This document shows, piece after piece, positions 1 through 9,395 of a stretch of DNA of 64,000 nucleotides. Both the position numbers and the translations under genes were made by a program. Source of the stretch: a plasmid. Location: the sequence record CP132210.1. The stretch is one strand, 5' to 3'. Position 1 is the stretch's first letter, and each line of letters begins with the position of its first letter. The notes under the pieces were generated by a model that worked only from the letters and a program-made list of their open reading frames with translations, did not search any database and was not told where the DNA came from.

Positions 1-1101
1 ATGGACCACCAGCTAGAAAGTATTAACGGAACAATCATGAGTAAGAGAACCAAAGACAAAGACCTGGAGAAACTCGACGTTATCAAAGACTCACCGCAAA
101 TGAGCCTGTTTGAGATCATTGAATCTCCGGCCAAGAAAGACGACTACTCCAACACAATCGAGATCTACGATGCGTTACCTAAGTACATTTGGGACCAAAA
201 GCGCGAGCACGAAGACCTGTCCAACGCCGTAGTGACGCGACAATGCTCCATTAGAGGTCAGCAGTTCACGGTGAAGGTGAAACCAGCCATCATCGAGAAG
301 GACGACGGGAGAACCGTGCTGATCTACGCGGGACAGCGAGAGGAAATCCTTGAAGATGCTCTACGCAAGCTCGCAGTAAACGGGAAAGGCCATATCATAG
401 AAGGCAAGGCTGGGGTCATGTTCACTCTGTACGAACTCCAGAAGGAGCTCTCGAAGATGGGGCACGGGTACAACCTGACAGAGATCAAGGAGGCAATTCA
501 GGTTTGTCGTGGCGCAACACTAGAATGTATCAGTGATGACGGAGAAGCCTTCATCAGCTCCAGCTTCTTCCCGATGGTGGGATTGACCACCAGAGGTGAG
601 TTTAGGAAGAAAGGTGGGAACGCCAGATGCTATGTGCAGTTCAACCCACTGGTAAACGAATCGATCATGAATCTGTCGTTTCGCCAGTACAACTACAAAA
701 TCGGAATGCAAATCCGCTCCCCCCTTGCACGGTACATCTACAAGCGAATGAGCCACTACTGGACTCAAGCATCTCCAGATTCACCATACACTCCATCGCT
801 TATCAGCTTCCTAACCCAGAGCCCTCGTGAATTGAGCCCACGAATGCCCGAGAACGTCAGAGCCATGAAGCTCGCCCTGGAGGCCCTCATCAAGCAAGAG
901 GTCATAAGCGACTACGACGCGAACCAGATCAAGGATGGCCGCAGAGTAATCGACGTGCGGTACGTCATAAGGCCTCATGAGAACTTCGTGAAGCAGGTGA
1001 TGGCATCCAACAAGCGTAAGCAGCAGACAGAGCTACGAGCTATCAAGCACGGTACAATTGACCACGACATCATTGATGAAAGGCAGAGTAAGGGTAGATA
1101 G
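1..1101 (+). CDS. repA: Plasmid replication initiator RepA (iteron-binding)
   Basis: Full-length 366-aa ORF starting at the window edge. It is immediately followed by an array of about 14 direct repeats (iterons). Size and arrangement match IncA/C-type RepA with downstream iterons. Confidence 0.75.
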   Translation: MDHQLESINGTIMSKRTKDKDLEKLDVIKDSPQMSLFEIIESPAKKDDYSNTIEIYDALPKYIWDQKREHEDLSNAVVTRQCSIRGQQFTVKVKPAIIEKDDGRTVLIYAGQREEILEDALRKLAVNGKGHIIEGKAGVMFTLYELQKELSKMGHGYNLTEIKEAIQVCRGATLECISDDGEAFISSSFFPMVGLTTRGEFRKKGGNARCYVQFNPLVNESIMNLSFRQYNYKIGMQIRSPLARYIYKRMSHYWTQASPDSPYTPSLISFLTQSPRELSPRMPENVRAMKLALEALIKQEVISDYDANQIKDGRRVIDVRYVIRPHENFVKQVMASNKRKQQTELRAIKHGTIDHDIIDERQSKGR

Positions 1102-1131
1102 CCCCTAGAAGCTCCCGATCCCCCAGAGAAA

Positions 1132-1155
1132 AGAAGGCGCGTCAGCGCCTTTTTT
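1132..1155 (+). terminator. Intrinsic terminator after repA
   Basis: AAGGCGCgtcaGCGCC stem followed by a T7 run directly after the repA stop. Confidence 0.6.
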
Positions 1156-1206
1156 TATGCCAAGAGGAACGCACCACCAGGTAGGGCCACAAGCGGAATG
1201 TCTCCG

Positions 1207-1964
1207 TATGTGGGTGCTCTGCACGGATAGAGTGAATTGAGCCCAGATACAGCCGGGGTGGGACTCTATATATGGGGTCGTTGCACGGTAGGTGCAAACG
1301 GAGTCTCTTTATCGTGCAAGTGGAAGCCATGATGAAGGAGAAGCGCAATGTTGCCTCAGCGGTTCCCGTAGAGTGGTTCCCGTAAACCATTGATAGTTAA
1401 GGGTACGGAATGTGGGGGGCTTGCACGTTATGAGGTTTGATATGTGGGAACGTTGCACGAAAGCAGGTCGCCAACCAGTAGATATGTGGGAAGCCTGCAC
1501 GGTTGACTAAGCAGAACAAAGATTGACAGATCAGGACAAAGCCAAAAAGGTAGTCAAACTGACCCCACCAGCCAAAAAGGTGATCACGCTCACACCGGAA
1601 GAGGCTAAAAGTTATCCACATTTTCTGTGCATAAACTGGGTTTTGGTATGTGGGTACACTGCACGATCACATATGGGTACGCTGCACGGTGCAAAAAACG
1701 ACCAAAATTGATATGTGGGTACGTTGCACGTTAAGGAAGTGGTATATGGGGCGACTGCACGAATAGCCTCAAATATATGGGGATGCTGCACGGATACCAG
1801 ATCTGATATGTGGGAACGCTGCACGAAAGCTCTGTTTTGTAAGGATTTTGTGGGTAAAACAGAGGTCCGGTGTGGATAACATCTAACAAGATCCTGGGGG
1901 ATATGGGAACGCTGCACGGCAACCTATGGGAACGCTGCACGTAACTATATGGGGTTGCTGCACG
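1207..1964. repeat. oriV iteron array: about 14 copies of (T)ATGTGGG(A/T)ACG(C/T)TGCACG(G)
   Basis: Direct repeats seen starting at about 1207, 1268, 1409, 1441, 1482, 1647, 1670, 1711, 1743, 1773, 1806, 1901, 1924 and 1945. Spacing is irregular (2-60 bp) and all copies are in the same orientation. The array sits immediately downstream of repA. Confidence 0.85.
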
Positions 1965-1965
1965 G

Positions 1966-2100
1966 AAGAAAGATGAAAAGATCTTTAGTATCAATCTGTT
2001 GAGACACAATTAAGTGCTCCTAACCTGTATTTAACCGCTTTTATCCTTTATACGAAGATCTAAAGATCTTTATATTTATCCTATGGATCGTTGAACAGAA
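1966..2100. promoter_or_regulatory. AT-rich DNA-unwinding region of oriV with GATC clusters and partial DnaA boxes
   Basis: A/T-rich tract next to the iterons. It contains four GATC sites (agatct repeated) and two TTATCC(T/A) partial DnaA-box matches (about 2041 and 2083). Confidence 0.45.
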
Positions 2101-2118
2101 AACAGTCCGCGCTGTTTT

Positions 2119-2574
2119 TTAGAAAAAAGTCTCGTATGCGATCCCAAAAAGGATGAGTATCACCAACAAGGTGATCATCGACAGCACAAAGTAACCAGAC
2201 TCGTACATGATCGTTTTGATCAGGGAGGCTGCGCTGACGGATCTTCCAGAGATCCTCCCAACGATCCACTGAAACGCAACAAACGAACCAAGCCCACAAA
2301 ACAGCACTACCACCACAGAGACCAGAGTATGCTCTCTTAGAACTGACTCACTCAGGAAGCCATGCTGTATCCCCAGCAAGGCGAGCCTACCAATGCCAAA
2401 CCCCAGACCCAATGCAACAACTCCACGTACCAGCACGACTTTCAGCGACTGGAACCATGTCAGCTCTAGATCCATCCCCTTCCGGGAAGACCGGCGCACA
2501 AGCACCATAGATATTCCCAAACCCACAAACACCAAAAGAACAAAATCCAACATTGACACCTCTGCACAAATCAA
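2119..2574 (-). CDS. Small integral membrane protein (about 4 TM), translationally coupled to the upstream PP-loop gene
   Basis: Hydrophobic 151-aa ORF. Its ATG overlaps the TGA of the 2571..3686 gene in an ATGA arrangement. Confidence 0.5.
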   Translation of the reverse strand: MICAEVSMLDFVLLVFVGLGISMVLVRRSSRKGMDLELTWFQSLKVVLVRGVVALGLGFGIGRLALLGIQHGFLSESVLREHTLVSVVVVLFCGLGSFVAFQWIVGRISGRSVSAASLIKTIMYESGYFVLSMITLLVILILFGIAYETFF

Positions 2575-3686
2575 TCAGAACCACAGGCCTCACGGCCAAA
2601 TGCGCCACCAGGGAGAAACCACTTTTGCCCCTCAGGCACAAAAATCGGGAGCGTGTAATCGCCTCTGGATACCTGCTCTAACGCCTCCACATCACTAATT
2701 TGTATCGGCGCAACAGCGGAACCTAAATCCATTACGTCGATTCTTTTTCTTGATACCGTTACCCCAAAGGTTTGTTCATACAGTGCAATCTTCCCAGCTC
2801 TATCAGGCCAGTAGTGCCGGATCGTGGACCAGATACGCTGTGAGTTGTAAATGCAGGTCATGCACGACGACCGGTTCCAACCAAGACGATAAGGGACTGG
2901 AGCCAAGATGCGGTGACGTTCGATCACTTCCCATACTTCCTCCTCAGTCCAGTGAAGAACTGGCCTCCAGGCATCCACTAACCGTGCAGTATTCCCATAT
3001 CTTCTGTCACAGGCGTGGGCCTCAAGTTGGTTGTACCTGGATCGATTTGCACTCTCCTCTCTGCGCTCACCAGTGATGAAAAGGATCTTCTTCCCCTTGA
3101 AGCGATCCTGGTTGTTGAGAGCTCTGCGGCCAACATCAATCTTCAAGGCTGATGAGCACCACCTTGTTTGCAATGATGGCGACTGTTGAGGGAAACGAAG
3201 GCGAGTACCCGGCTTAGAACGCTTATGGTCTCTAGGCAGCACCAGGAGCCCCTCAGGAGTTTCTACGCGATGGGGGTGGCTGTAAGCATTCTCCTTGAGC
3301 ATTTCGCCCTCAAAACCGCCCTCAAGCCACGAGAAGAACATTGGTATGCCCAGTTCCTGCCCAAGCTGACGGCAGTAGTCACGCATGAAGGCCCAATCCA
3401 TCAACGAACTACCCTCCTGACCATCAACATCATGATGCCAGAACTCCACCTTTGACTTATCAACTCCCATGTCCACCAGCCGCAAATACGCAGCTATTGA
3501 GTCTTTGCCACCAGATAGGCACACAATGATGTGGTCATATCGACTCAAATCCACATCCGGCGCTGAGAAGTACGTAGTTCTATCGTCACAACGCTGACCG
3601 GAAGGTCTGCCGGTCAGTACCGACTCCAGGGATGGCAGCACCACTTGGTCATCAAACAAATCCCCTTGGTTTTCTCGTCTCAACAT
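2571..3686 (-). CDS. PAPS-reductase-family (PP-loop ATP pyrophosphatase fold) protein, orphan
   Basis: SGGKDS PP-loop motif near the N-terminus (CLSGGKDSIA). C-terminal Cys pair (SCMTC). 371 aa. No dnd or cys partner genes nearby. Confidence 0.75.
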   Translation of the reverse strand: MLRRENQGDLFDDQVVLPSLESVLTGRPSGQRCDDRTTYFSAPDVDLSRYDHIIVCLSGGKDSIAAYLRLVDMGVDKSKVEFWHHDVDGQEGSSLMDWAFMRDYCRQLGQELGIPMFFSWLEGGFEGEMLKENAYSHPHRVETPEGLLVLPRDHKRSKPGTRLRFPQQSPSLQTRWCSSALKIDVGRRALNNQDRFKGKKILFITGERREESANRSRYNQLEAHACDRRYGNTARLVDAWRPVLHWTEEEVWEVIERHRILAPVPYRLGWNRSSCMTCIYNSQRIWSTIRHYWPDRAGKIALYEQTFGVTVSRKRIDVMDLGSAVAPIQISDVEALEQVSRGDYTLPIFVPEGQKWFLPGGAFGREACGSD

Positions 3687-3734
3687 AGGTCGCTCATTTT
3701 TCTTTACTGGGTTGTTTTTATGTTTTACAGTATT

Positions 3735-3754
3735 ATAAAGTGATGCTGTAAAAG
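3735..3754 (-). promoter_or_regulatory. Conserved promoter motif ATAAAGTGATGCTGTAAAAG (minus-oriented copy of CAGCATCAtTTTAT), upstream of the PP-loop gene
   Basis: 18 of 20 identical to the copy at 17943..17962. Reverse-complement copies at 14351 (parA promoter) and 17735. Confidence 0.45.
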
Positions 3755-3914
3755 TAAAGTATTCAGAGCGACTAATTACTCAGGATGAACTTGGTAGGCA
3801 CCAGAAAGCAATTCAAAGGTGGTTTTTCGGTGAGTTGTGTTCGGGGCGGCGTGTTGCTGTTGACTGAAAAACACCAATAGATGGCATTTGGGTGGAGTTT
3901 GAGTTTAAGGGGTG

Positions 3915-3936
3915 GATATGTGGGAACGTTGCACGG
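3915..3936 (+). repeat. Solitary iteron copy about 2 kb from the oriV array, overlapping the leader of the 3953 operon
   Basis: ATATGTGGGAACGTTGCACGG is identical in pattern to the oriV iterons. It lies 17 bp upstream of the RBS/ATG of the 3953 ORF. Confidence 0.7.
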
Positions 3937-3952
3937 TTAAAGGGAGCCGCAC

Positions 3953-4561
3953 ATGAAAACGATAAAGCGGTTCATCGTGTGGGTGAATTATGGCCTTGAG
4001 GGGTGGAGCATTTTCGGATCGAGTGATGACTGGGATGAGGCGTTATCTATCCGTTCGGAAGCGATCGACGAATGCAATATTGATGAGGATGACATCATCT
4101 TGGCGGAAAACAAAAACGAGCTGGTGGTGAAGCCAGCGGCCAAGCAAATGACGGAATGGCACCGGGAGCTGGAAGCCGTCCTAATGACCTTGGATGACTG
4201 CCAGATGGAATGTGACGGGATGACATGGGCAGTTAGTCACCTACTCAATGAAGCCGGTGTCCCGCATAACTGCATGTATGGCTTTGTACGAAACGAACAG
4301 ACCAAGGACATCGTGACACCGCATTTCTGGGTTGTCCTGGATGATGGGTGGTTGGTGGATCTGAGGCTGCGCATGTGGCTTGGCGATCACAACAACATTC
4401 CTCACGGGGTATTCCATCCCGATAACGAGCCTGGATTCTTCTACAAGGGGGATCCGGTTCAAAACCATAAAGGGATGAGACTGGGCAAGGCGGTCCTGGA
4501 CATTATGACCGAAGGAAAACTTTCACATGTGAAAGTTCCTGAACGACAAGACGGAGAGTGA
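3953..4561 (+). CDS. Hypothetical protein (202 aa, acidic N-terminus); first gene of a 6-7 gene same-strand cluster
   Basis: RBS AAGGGAG 6 nt before the ATG. No recognisable motifs. The 3' end contains a copy of the dispersed palindrome. Confidence 0.55.
   Translation: MKTIKRFIVWVNYGLEGWSIFGSSDDWDEALSIRSEAIDECNIDEDDIILAENKNELVVKPAAKQMTEWHRELEAVLMTLDDCQMECDGMTWAVSHLLNEAGVPHNCMYGFVRNEQTKDIVTPHFWVVLDDGWLVDLRLRMWLGDHNNIPHGVFHPDNEPGFFYKGDPVQNHKGMRLGKAVLDIMTEGKLSHVKVPERQDGE
4518..4537. promoter_or_regulatory. Dispersed palindrome copy 1 (AACTTTCACATGTGAAAGTT), intragenic
   Basis: Perfect 20-bp palindrome, one of 7 copies in the window. It encodes LSHVKV in the host ORF. Confidence 0.6.
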
Positions 4562-4565
4562 CAGC

Positions 4566-5087
4566 GTGGAACTGGATTACGACAAGTTAGTATCAAACAC
4601 ACATCTGGAGGCTGCTGGCTGGGGTATGGATGCCTTCAACCACTCCAACCCATTTGAGAGCCATGTCATCTATGTACGTGACTATCGTAACGATCACATC
4701 CGCCTGTTCACTATCAAGCAGGCTGATTTCGACACGATAAAGCAGCCACCCCACCTTACCTCCGACATGCTGGCCTCAGTGATTGCTGAGTTCATCTCAA
4801 AGGCAGCAAAAGGGACGTTGAATACGAAGGAGTCAAATACGCTGGCCCCCGCCTTGGTTGGTTATGCCAAATCAACAGAAACCTACCGGAGCTGGCGGAG
4901 AATGTCAGAGGTAGGAGAGCGACTGCATATGGTCATCAACATTTACGCCGGTTCTGGGCTGTTGAGGCCTTTCATTGCTCGTGCTCAGGAGACTGTACTG
5001 ACTACCCAAGAGGTGTTGGTCTTCTCATCGCAGGTTAAAGACCTGGATGTATCCAATCATCCTGAGTGGTTTAGGGGCCGGAGGTAG
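4566..5087 (+). CDS. Hypothetical protein (173 aa)
   Basis: GTG start with GGAGAG RBS. Tightly spaced after the upstream gene. Confidence 0.45.
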   Translation: MELDYDKLVSNTHLEAAGWGMDAFNHSNPFESHVIYVRDYRNDHIRLFTIKQADFDTIKQPPHLTSDMLASVIAEFISKAAKGTLNTKESNTLAPALVGYAKSTETYRSWRRMSEVGERLHMVINIYAGSGLLRPFIARAQETVLTTQEVLVFSSQVKDLDVSNHPEWFRGRR

Positions 5088-5089
5088 TC

Positions 5090-5611
5090 ATGAAGGCTGT
5101 TCTCTGGATATTCGTCTTGATCATCGCCCCTTTCGTCATTGCGAAAGTGGACCAGTGGCGCAAACGCGGCATTGGTGACACCTGGGCGTGGTGGAAATCA
5201 GAGAACATGCCTTATGAGCTGCGCTCGGCAACGCTGTTTTTGTCCGAACAGGACGTATCGACCACCCTGCCTGTGCCCATGCACGGCAGGGTTGACCAGG
5301 TGTATCAAACCAAAGGTGGGGTTCTCATCCCCCTGGACACAAAGCTGCGCCAAGCAAACCACATCTTTGAGTCGGACATTATCCAGCTCTCGGTTTACCG
5401 GGTAATTCTGTCACACAAGTACAAGGCTCCCGTTGCCAAGTACGGCTATGTCCGAACCGTTGTTGAAACAGCGGACGGGGATAGAGTCCGTTACATCAAG
5501 ACAAACCTTCTCAGTGAAAGAGAAGTGATCAAGCTGTGGCACCGCTACCAATCCATCCGCTATCGCAAGGTAAAACCTACCTGTTCCTGTGGCGGAAAGT
5601 TTCACATGTGA
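5090..5611 (+). CDS. Membrane-anchored NERD-like / PD-(D/E)xK nuclease-fold protein
   Basis: N-terminal TM helix. HGRVDQVYQTKGGVLIPLDTK fits the NERD/PD-(D/E)xK pattern (G-x-V-D ... hhhhh-D/E-x-K). C-terminal CSCGG. RBS GGAGG. Confidence 0.5.
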   Translation: MKAVLWIFVLIIAPFVIAKVDQWRKRGIGDTWAWWKSENMPYELRSATLFLSEQDVSTTLPVPMHGRVDQVYQTKGGVLIPLDTKLRQANHIFESDIIQLSVYRVILSHKYKAPVAKYGYVRTVVETADGDRVRYIKTNLLSEREVIKLWHRYQSIRYRKVKPTCSCGGKFHM

Positions 5612-5613
5612 AA
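5600..5613. promoter_or_regulatory. Dispersed palindrome copy 2 (TTTCACATGTGAAA core, 14-bp perfect), at the stop codon of the 5090 gene
   Basis: Same core as the other six copies. The flanks are imperfect. Confidence 0.5.
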
Positions 5614-5632
5614 GCTCTGGGTTGAATTAGGG

Positions 5633-5649
5633 TTGCCCGAATTGGGCAG
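5633..5649. promoter_or_regulatory. Activator-box-like inverted repeat copy 1 (TTGCCCGAATTGGGCAG)
   Basis: Member of the 7-copy TGCCCAAAATGGGCA family. It lies about 75 bp upstream of the 5708 start codon. Confidence 0.5.
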
Positions 5650-5707
5650 TTCGGCGGGGTTGCATTTTTGAGGAGTCCTGTAGGCTGGTTGCTATAGGAG
5701 GTGAATA

Positions 5708-6181
5708 GTGGCCCAGCTTAAACATAACCGCTTCGTCATGTTGGGTGCCTTGGTAGCGACTGTTGTAGCTGCCGCCAATGGTTTGAGTTTTATCACCCTT
5801 ATGGCTGGTGGAATAACCCTTCTCCAGTTCGTGGCATGGAAGCAACAAGATGCGATCCGGAGCCGGTTTAAAGCCGCGAAGGATGCGTTTGAAGCGTTGA
5901 ATGTCATAGCGTTTGACAAGCACTGGGTAGGCTCAACCGCGAAGGTCGCCAAGGTGTCGAGCACGAGCACCCCTCCCGAACGACTGGATAAGCCTTGGGC
6001 GGTGCAAGTTCTGGCCGTAACCAGTGGTGGGGCGTGGTTCGCAGTGGACCTGCAAGTGACCTGCACCGACAAGGTTCAGATGCTTTACCTCCACCGCCTT
6101 AGTGAAAAGACAGCAAAGACAATGCTGGCCTTCGATCTCGAAGTGTATGAGCGATTTTTCGGAAAACCTGATGTTGCATGA
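5708..6181 (+). CDS. Hypothetical membrane protein (157 aa)
   Basis: GTG start with AGGAGGTG RBS. N-terminal hydrophobic segment. Confidence 0.45.
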   Translation: MAQLKHNRFVMLGALVATVVAAANGLSFITLMAGGITLLQFVAWKQQDAIRSRFKAAKDAFEALNVIAFDKHWVGSTAKVAKVSSTSTPPERLDKPWAVQVLAVTSGGAWFAVDLQVTCTDKVQMLYLHRLSEKTAKTMLAFDLEVYERFFGKPDVA

Positions 6182-6192
6182 GGACAATGTGA

Positions 6193-6485
6193 TGGAAAAA
6201 GTCAAAAACGTAGATGCCGTTGAATTCACGGCAGCAGATAAGAAGGCGATGACCCATGCGGCTTACGCCCAGTGCTTCTTTGTTCTGGCCCAAGCAATAG
6301 CGTTTCCTTCCTTGGGGATGGCTGGCGCTATGGTTGCAGCTATGTGCGGCATGATGCCGTGGTTGACCAAGTTTGCCAAAGAGGCCCCCTCGAAAGCCTT
6401 TGGCATGGTGATGGCCTCGCTCGGCTTGGCACCTGTGTACGGAAAGCTCTGTGAGCTGGTGGTCAGTGCGATTCAGGGAGCTTGA
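6193..6485 (+). CDS. Small hydrophobic protein (about 97 aa)
   Basis: ATG at 6193. The product is Ala/Met-rich and hydrophobic. The start is uncertain. Confidence 0.35.
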
Positions 6486-7344
6486 GTTTATGGGGGTAGT
6501 ACGAGTTCCCTACCTCTTGGCTGAGCTGAAAGAACGCGGATGTGCTGATGAATCTGCTCTGGCGAAGGTTATGCAGCCAGGATGCCGGATTGAAGGGGAA
6601 GATCTGCGAAAGTTGGCCGCCAAGTTAGGGGTTGAAGTGTCCGAACTGGCACCTGCACCAGAGAACGAGGCCAATACCCGGTTCAAAGCAAAACTGAGAG
6701 GAGGTTTGGCCTCCTTTCTTTTTGAGTACGACGGCTGTTTCCGACATGCCGAAGGCTCCAGTCATGCAGAAATGTTGGGGATCGAGCAAGAAGACGATAT
6801 TGGCCTTCCGAGTAGAGCTGCGGACGCCATGCTCCTGGAGAAGACGCTTTATCAAGTAATCGCTCGGGCTAAGTACATGCTTGGCAAAATCGACGGCAAG
6901 TTTGTCAGGTCAGAACAGGCAATCGAGTTCCGTGAGCAGCTTGCTCCTGGGATCTTCAAGCCAGGTTATAGAGGCTTCCGATTTAAGGAGGCTGCTGCTG
7001 GTGATCTGCCTACTGTCATGATTGACGGTAGGAAGTTCAATTGCATTGCCAGCATAGCCAGAGCACATGGACTTGATCCGGTAACGGTGCGTAGGCGCAT
7101 TGCGGACACCGGGAAGGACGCAGACAAACTCACCAATGATGAGTGGAAACTCATCCTCGCCAAGAAGAAAGGTAAAGGGAAGCCCTTCACCTATCTGGAC
7201 AGGACCTACAGCAACATTGCTCAGTTCTGTCGTGAGCATCAGCTCAACACCAACCTTGTTTACCAGAAAGTCAAAGACCGGGCTGATAGCGCTGATGAAG
7301 AGTTCTGGGGACTGATAATCGAAACATGCAAAAGGAAAATCTAA
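6451..7344 (+). CDS. Hypothetical protein with C-terminal HTH-like segment (start uncertain: 6451 or 6490)
   Basis: Long ORF. GRKFNCIASIARAHGLDPVTVRRRI resembles an HTH. The stop abuts the sppA RBS. Confidence 0.45.
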   Translation: MSWWSVRFRELEFMGVVRVPYLLAELKERGCADESALAKVMQPGCRIEGEDLRKLAAKLGVEVSELAPAPENEANTRFKAKLRGGLASFLFEYDGCFRHAEGSSHAEMLGIEQEDDIGLPSRAADAMLLEKTLYQVIARAKYMLGKIDGKFVRSEQAIEFREQLAPGIFKPGYRGFRFKEAAAGDLPTVMIDGRKFNCIASIARAHGLDPVTVRRRIADTGKDADKLTNDEWKLILAKKKGKGKPFTYLDRTYSNIAQFCREHQLNTNLVYQKVKDRADSADEEFWGLIIETCKRKI

Positions 7345-8303
7345 TGGCAGAAAGCAAAGAGCTCCCCTGGGAGAGAGAGCTTATTGAGAAGTACATGTTC
7401 ACCCTGCATAAGGAGCAGGTGAAAGATCGCCGCTGGCGGGCTCTGTTGCGTGTGCTTCGCGCATCAGGTTTCGTGCTTCTCATGATCGGCTTCATCATCT
7501 TAGCGTCTAATCCGGGCGGGATGCCGTGGCAAAGCACCAAAGCAGGAGCCCCTCACACCGCGTATATCAACATCCGTGGTGAAATTGCTGCCGGTACACT
7601 GGCAGATGCTGATCACCTTATCCCGTCTATCCAAGCCGCATTCGACAACCCGAACTCCCAAGCCGTTGTACTTCGCATAAACAGCCCTGGCGGTAGCCCC
7701 GTTCAAGCTGGGCGGATTTATGAAGAAGTTAAAGCGCTGCGAGCGCTTCACCCAGAAAAAAAGGTCTACGCCATCATTGATGACATCGGTGCGTCTGGCG
7801 GCTACTACATCGCCTCTGCTGCGGACGAGATCTATGCTGACCGCGCAAGTCTGGTCGGCTCTATCGGCGTCATCAGCTCAGGGTTCGGATTCACTGGCCT
7901 GATGGACAAGCTCGGCATCGAGCGCCGGGCGATCACTTCCGGAGAGCACAAAGCTCTTCTCGATCCATTCTCCCCTCTTACCTCTGACATGAAGACATTT
8001 TGGGAGGGCGTTCTATCAAAAACCCACCAGCAGTTCATCGAGCGAGTGAAGGCTGGTCGAGGTGATCGACTGAAAGGCGACCAAGAGGTGTTTTCTGGGT
8101 TGCTTTGGAATGGGGAGCAGGCCAAAGACATTGGGTTGATTGATGGCTTGGGGAGTTTGAACTCCGTGGCGCGAGACGTCATCCACCAGAGCAACCTAGT
8201 GGACTACACCCCAACCGAAGACATCATCCGGCGACTGACCCAACGAGCGAAGCTCGAAGCCAGTTCCTTCGTGCAAGAACTCAGTGCTGTGAAAGTTTAC
8301 TGA
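7345..8303 (+). CDS. sppA: Signal peptide peptidase SppA (S49 family, short 36K-type)
   Basis: S49 protease core (INSPGGSP..., GASGGYYIA..., SLVGSIGV) after an N-terminal TM segment. AAGGAA RBS 7 nt upstream of the ATG at 7345. Confidence 0.8.
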
Positions 8304-8318
8304 TAGGAGAAGTTTGAC

Positions 8319-9179
8319 ATGCCAGAACAAAATACCAAATCGCTACGCCTCGGGGTTATTGCCGCCATTATTTTGGGACTCGCAGGAACCGGGTTCGGCA
8401 TTTACCAGTTCGTGAAAGAGAAGGAGCTGGCGCAAGAGATCGCTAACGTGAAGTCCACGGTCAACCAGGTGAAGGGCACCGAAGGTGTCACTTTCAAAAG
8501 CAAAGCAGAGTTTGAAGCTGCGGTGGCCGAAAGCATCAACAAGTTTGTCGCGCAGAAACAACAAGCCGACATCGATCAGAAGTATGCCAAGTTTGAGGCA
8601 GCTCCTGAGAAGGTCGATGACGGTAAACACATCTACGGGGCCCCTGGTGCTAGGTTCACACTGGTGGAGTTCTCCGATATGGAATGTCCGTTCTGCAAGC
8701 AATTCCACGACACACCCAAGCAAATTGTTGATGCCAGCAAAGGGAATGTGAATTGGCAGTGGAAGCATATGCCTCTCGATTTCCATAATCCGACAGCTCA
8801 CAGAGAAGCATTGGCCGCTGAGTGTATTGCTGAGCAGAAAGGCAACCGAGGCTTCTGGGTCTTCGTGAATGACATTTTCCATCACAGCCAAGGTAACGGT
8901 GCTGGGGTTGCTGACTTGGCCTCTGTTGTTACTGGTGTTGGCGCTGATCTGGATGAGTTCCGGGACTGCCTCGGTTCTGGCAAGCATGAAGACAAGGTTG
9001 AGGCTGACATCCAGAAGGCCAAGAGCTATGGCGTTAACGGGACTCCGGCCACATTTGTAGTGGACAACCAAACCGGCAAGAGTCAGCTCCTCGGCGGCGC
9101 TCAACCGGCACAAGCCATCATGGCTGTGATGCGAAAAATGATGATTGAGTCGCAGCCAGACGACTCAGCAAGCCAATAA
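8319..9179 (+). CDS. Membrane-anchored DsbA-like thiol:disulfide oxidoreductase
   Basis: N-terminal TM helix, coiled segment, then a thioredoxin fold with CPFC active site. Confidence 0.7.
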   Translation: MPEQNTKSLRLGVIAAIILGLAGTGFGIYQFVKEKELAQEIANVKSTVNQVKGTEGVTFKSKAEFEAAVAESINKFVAQKQQADIDQKYAKFEAAPEKVDDGKHIYGAPGARFTLVEFSDMECPFCKQFHDTPKQIVDASKGNVNWQWKHMPLDFHNPTAHREALAAECIAEQKGNRGFWVFVNDIFHHSQGNGAGVADLASVVTGVGADLDEFRDCLGSGKHEDKVEADIQKAKSYGVNGTPATFVVDNQTGKSQLLGGAQPAQAIMAVMRKMMIESQPDDSASQ

Positions 9180-9180
9180 G

Positions 9181-9198
9181 ACTTTCACATGTGAAAGT
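9181..9198. promoter_or_regulatory. Dispersed palindrome copy 3 (ACTTTCACATGTGAAAGT), intergenic
   Basis: Perfect 18-bp palindrome 2 bp after the dsbA-like stop. Confidence 0.6.
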
Positions 9199-9395
9199 CG
9201 GGTTCCTAAGGGGCCTGACTTTCGCTATGAGGTGTACCAATGGAGTTACAAAAAGCAAAAGAGGCTCTCGATAGCCATTACCCTCACAAGGCGTCAGCCT
9301 CTTTGAGGCTTGTCTTCCACCAGCCTGGAGGGATTGGTGAAACCCCTACCGTAGGGGGGAAAGCAATTCATGCTGGGTTTGATAGGGAGTGAGAA

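Noticed and set aside
1142-2009. Several 60-100-aa minus-strand ORFs across the iteron region, and a CRISPR-like look of the repeat array
   Set aside because: The ORFs are created by the repeated iteron sequence itself and have no RBS. The repeats are about 20 bp with irregular 2-60-bp spacing, in the same orientation, directly behind a Rep gene, with no cas genes. They are iterons, not CRISPR.
3687-3952. oriT / mobI in the AT-rich region after the PP-loop gene
   Set aside because: No relaxase-accessory (MobI-like) ORF and no recognisable nick-site repeats. The region is better explained by two divergent promoters plus the solitary iteron. oriT cannot be placed from sequence alone here.
8343-9113. 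256-aa ORF antisense to the DsbA-like gene
   Set aside because: Fully nested antisense shadow ORF with no start context. The sense strand has a clear thioredoxin motif.
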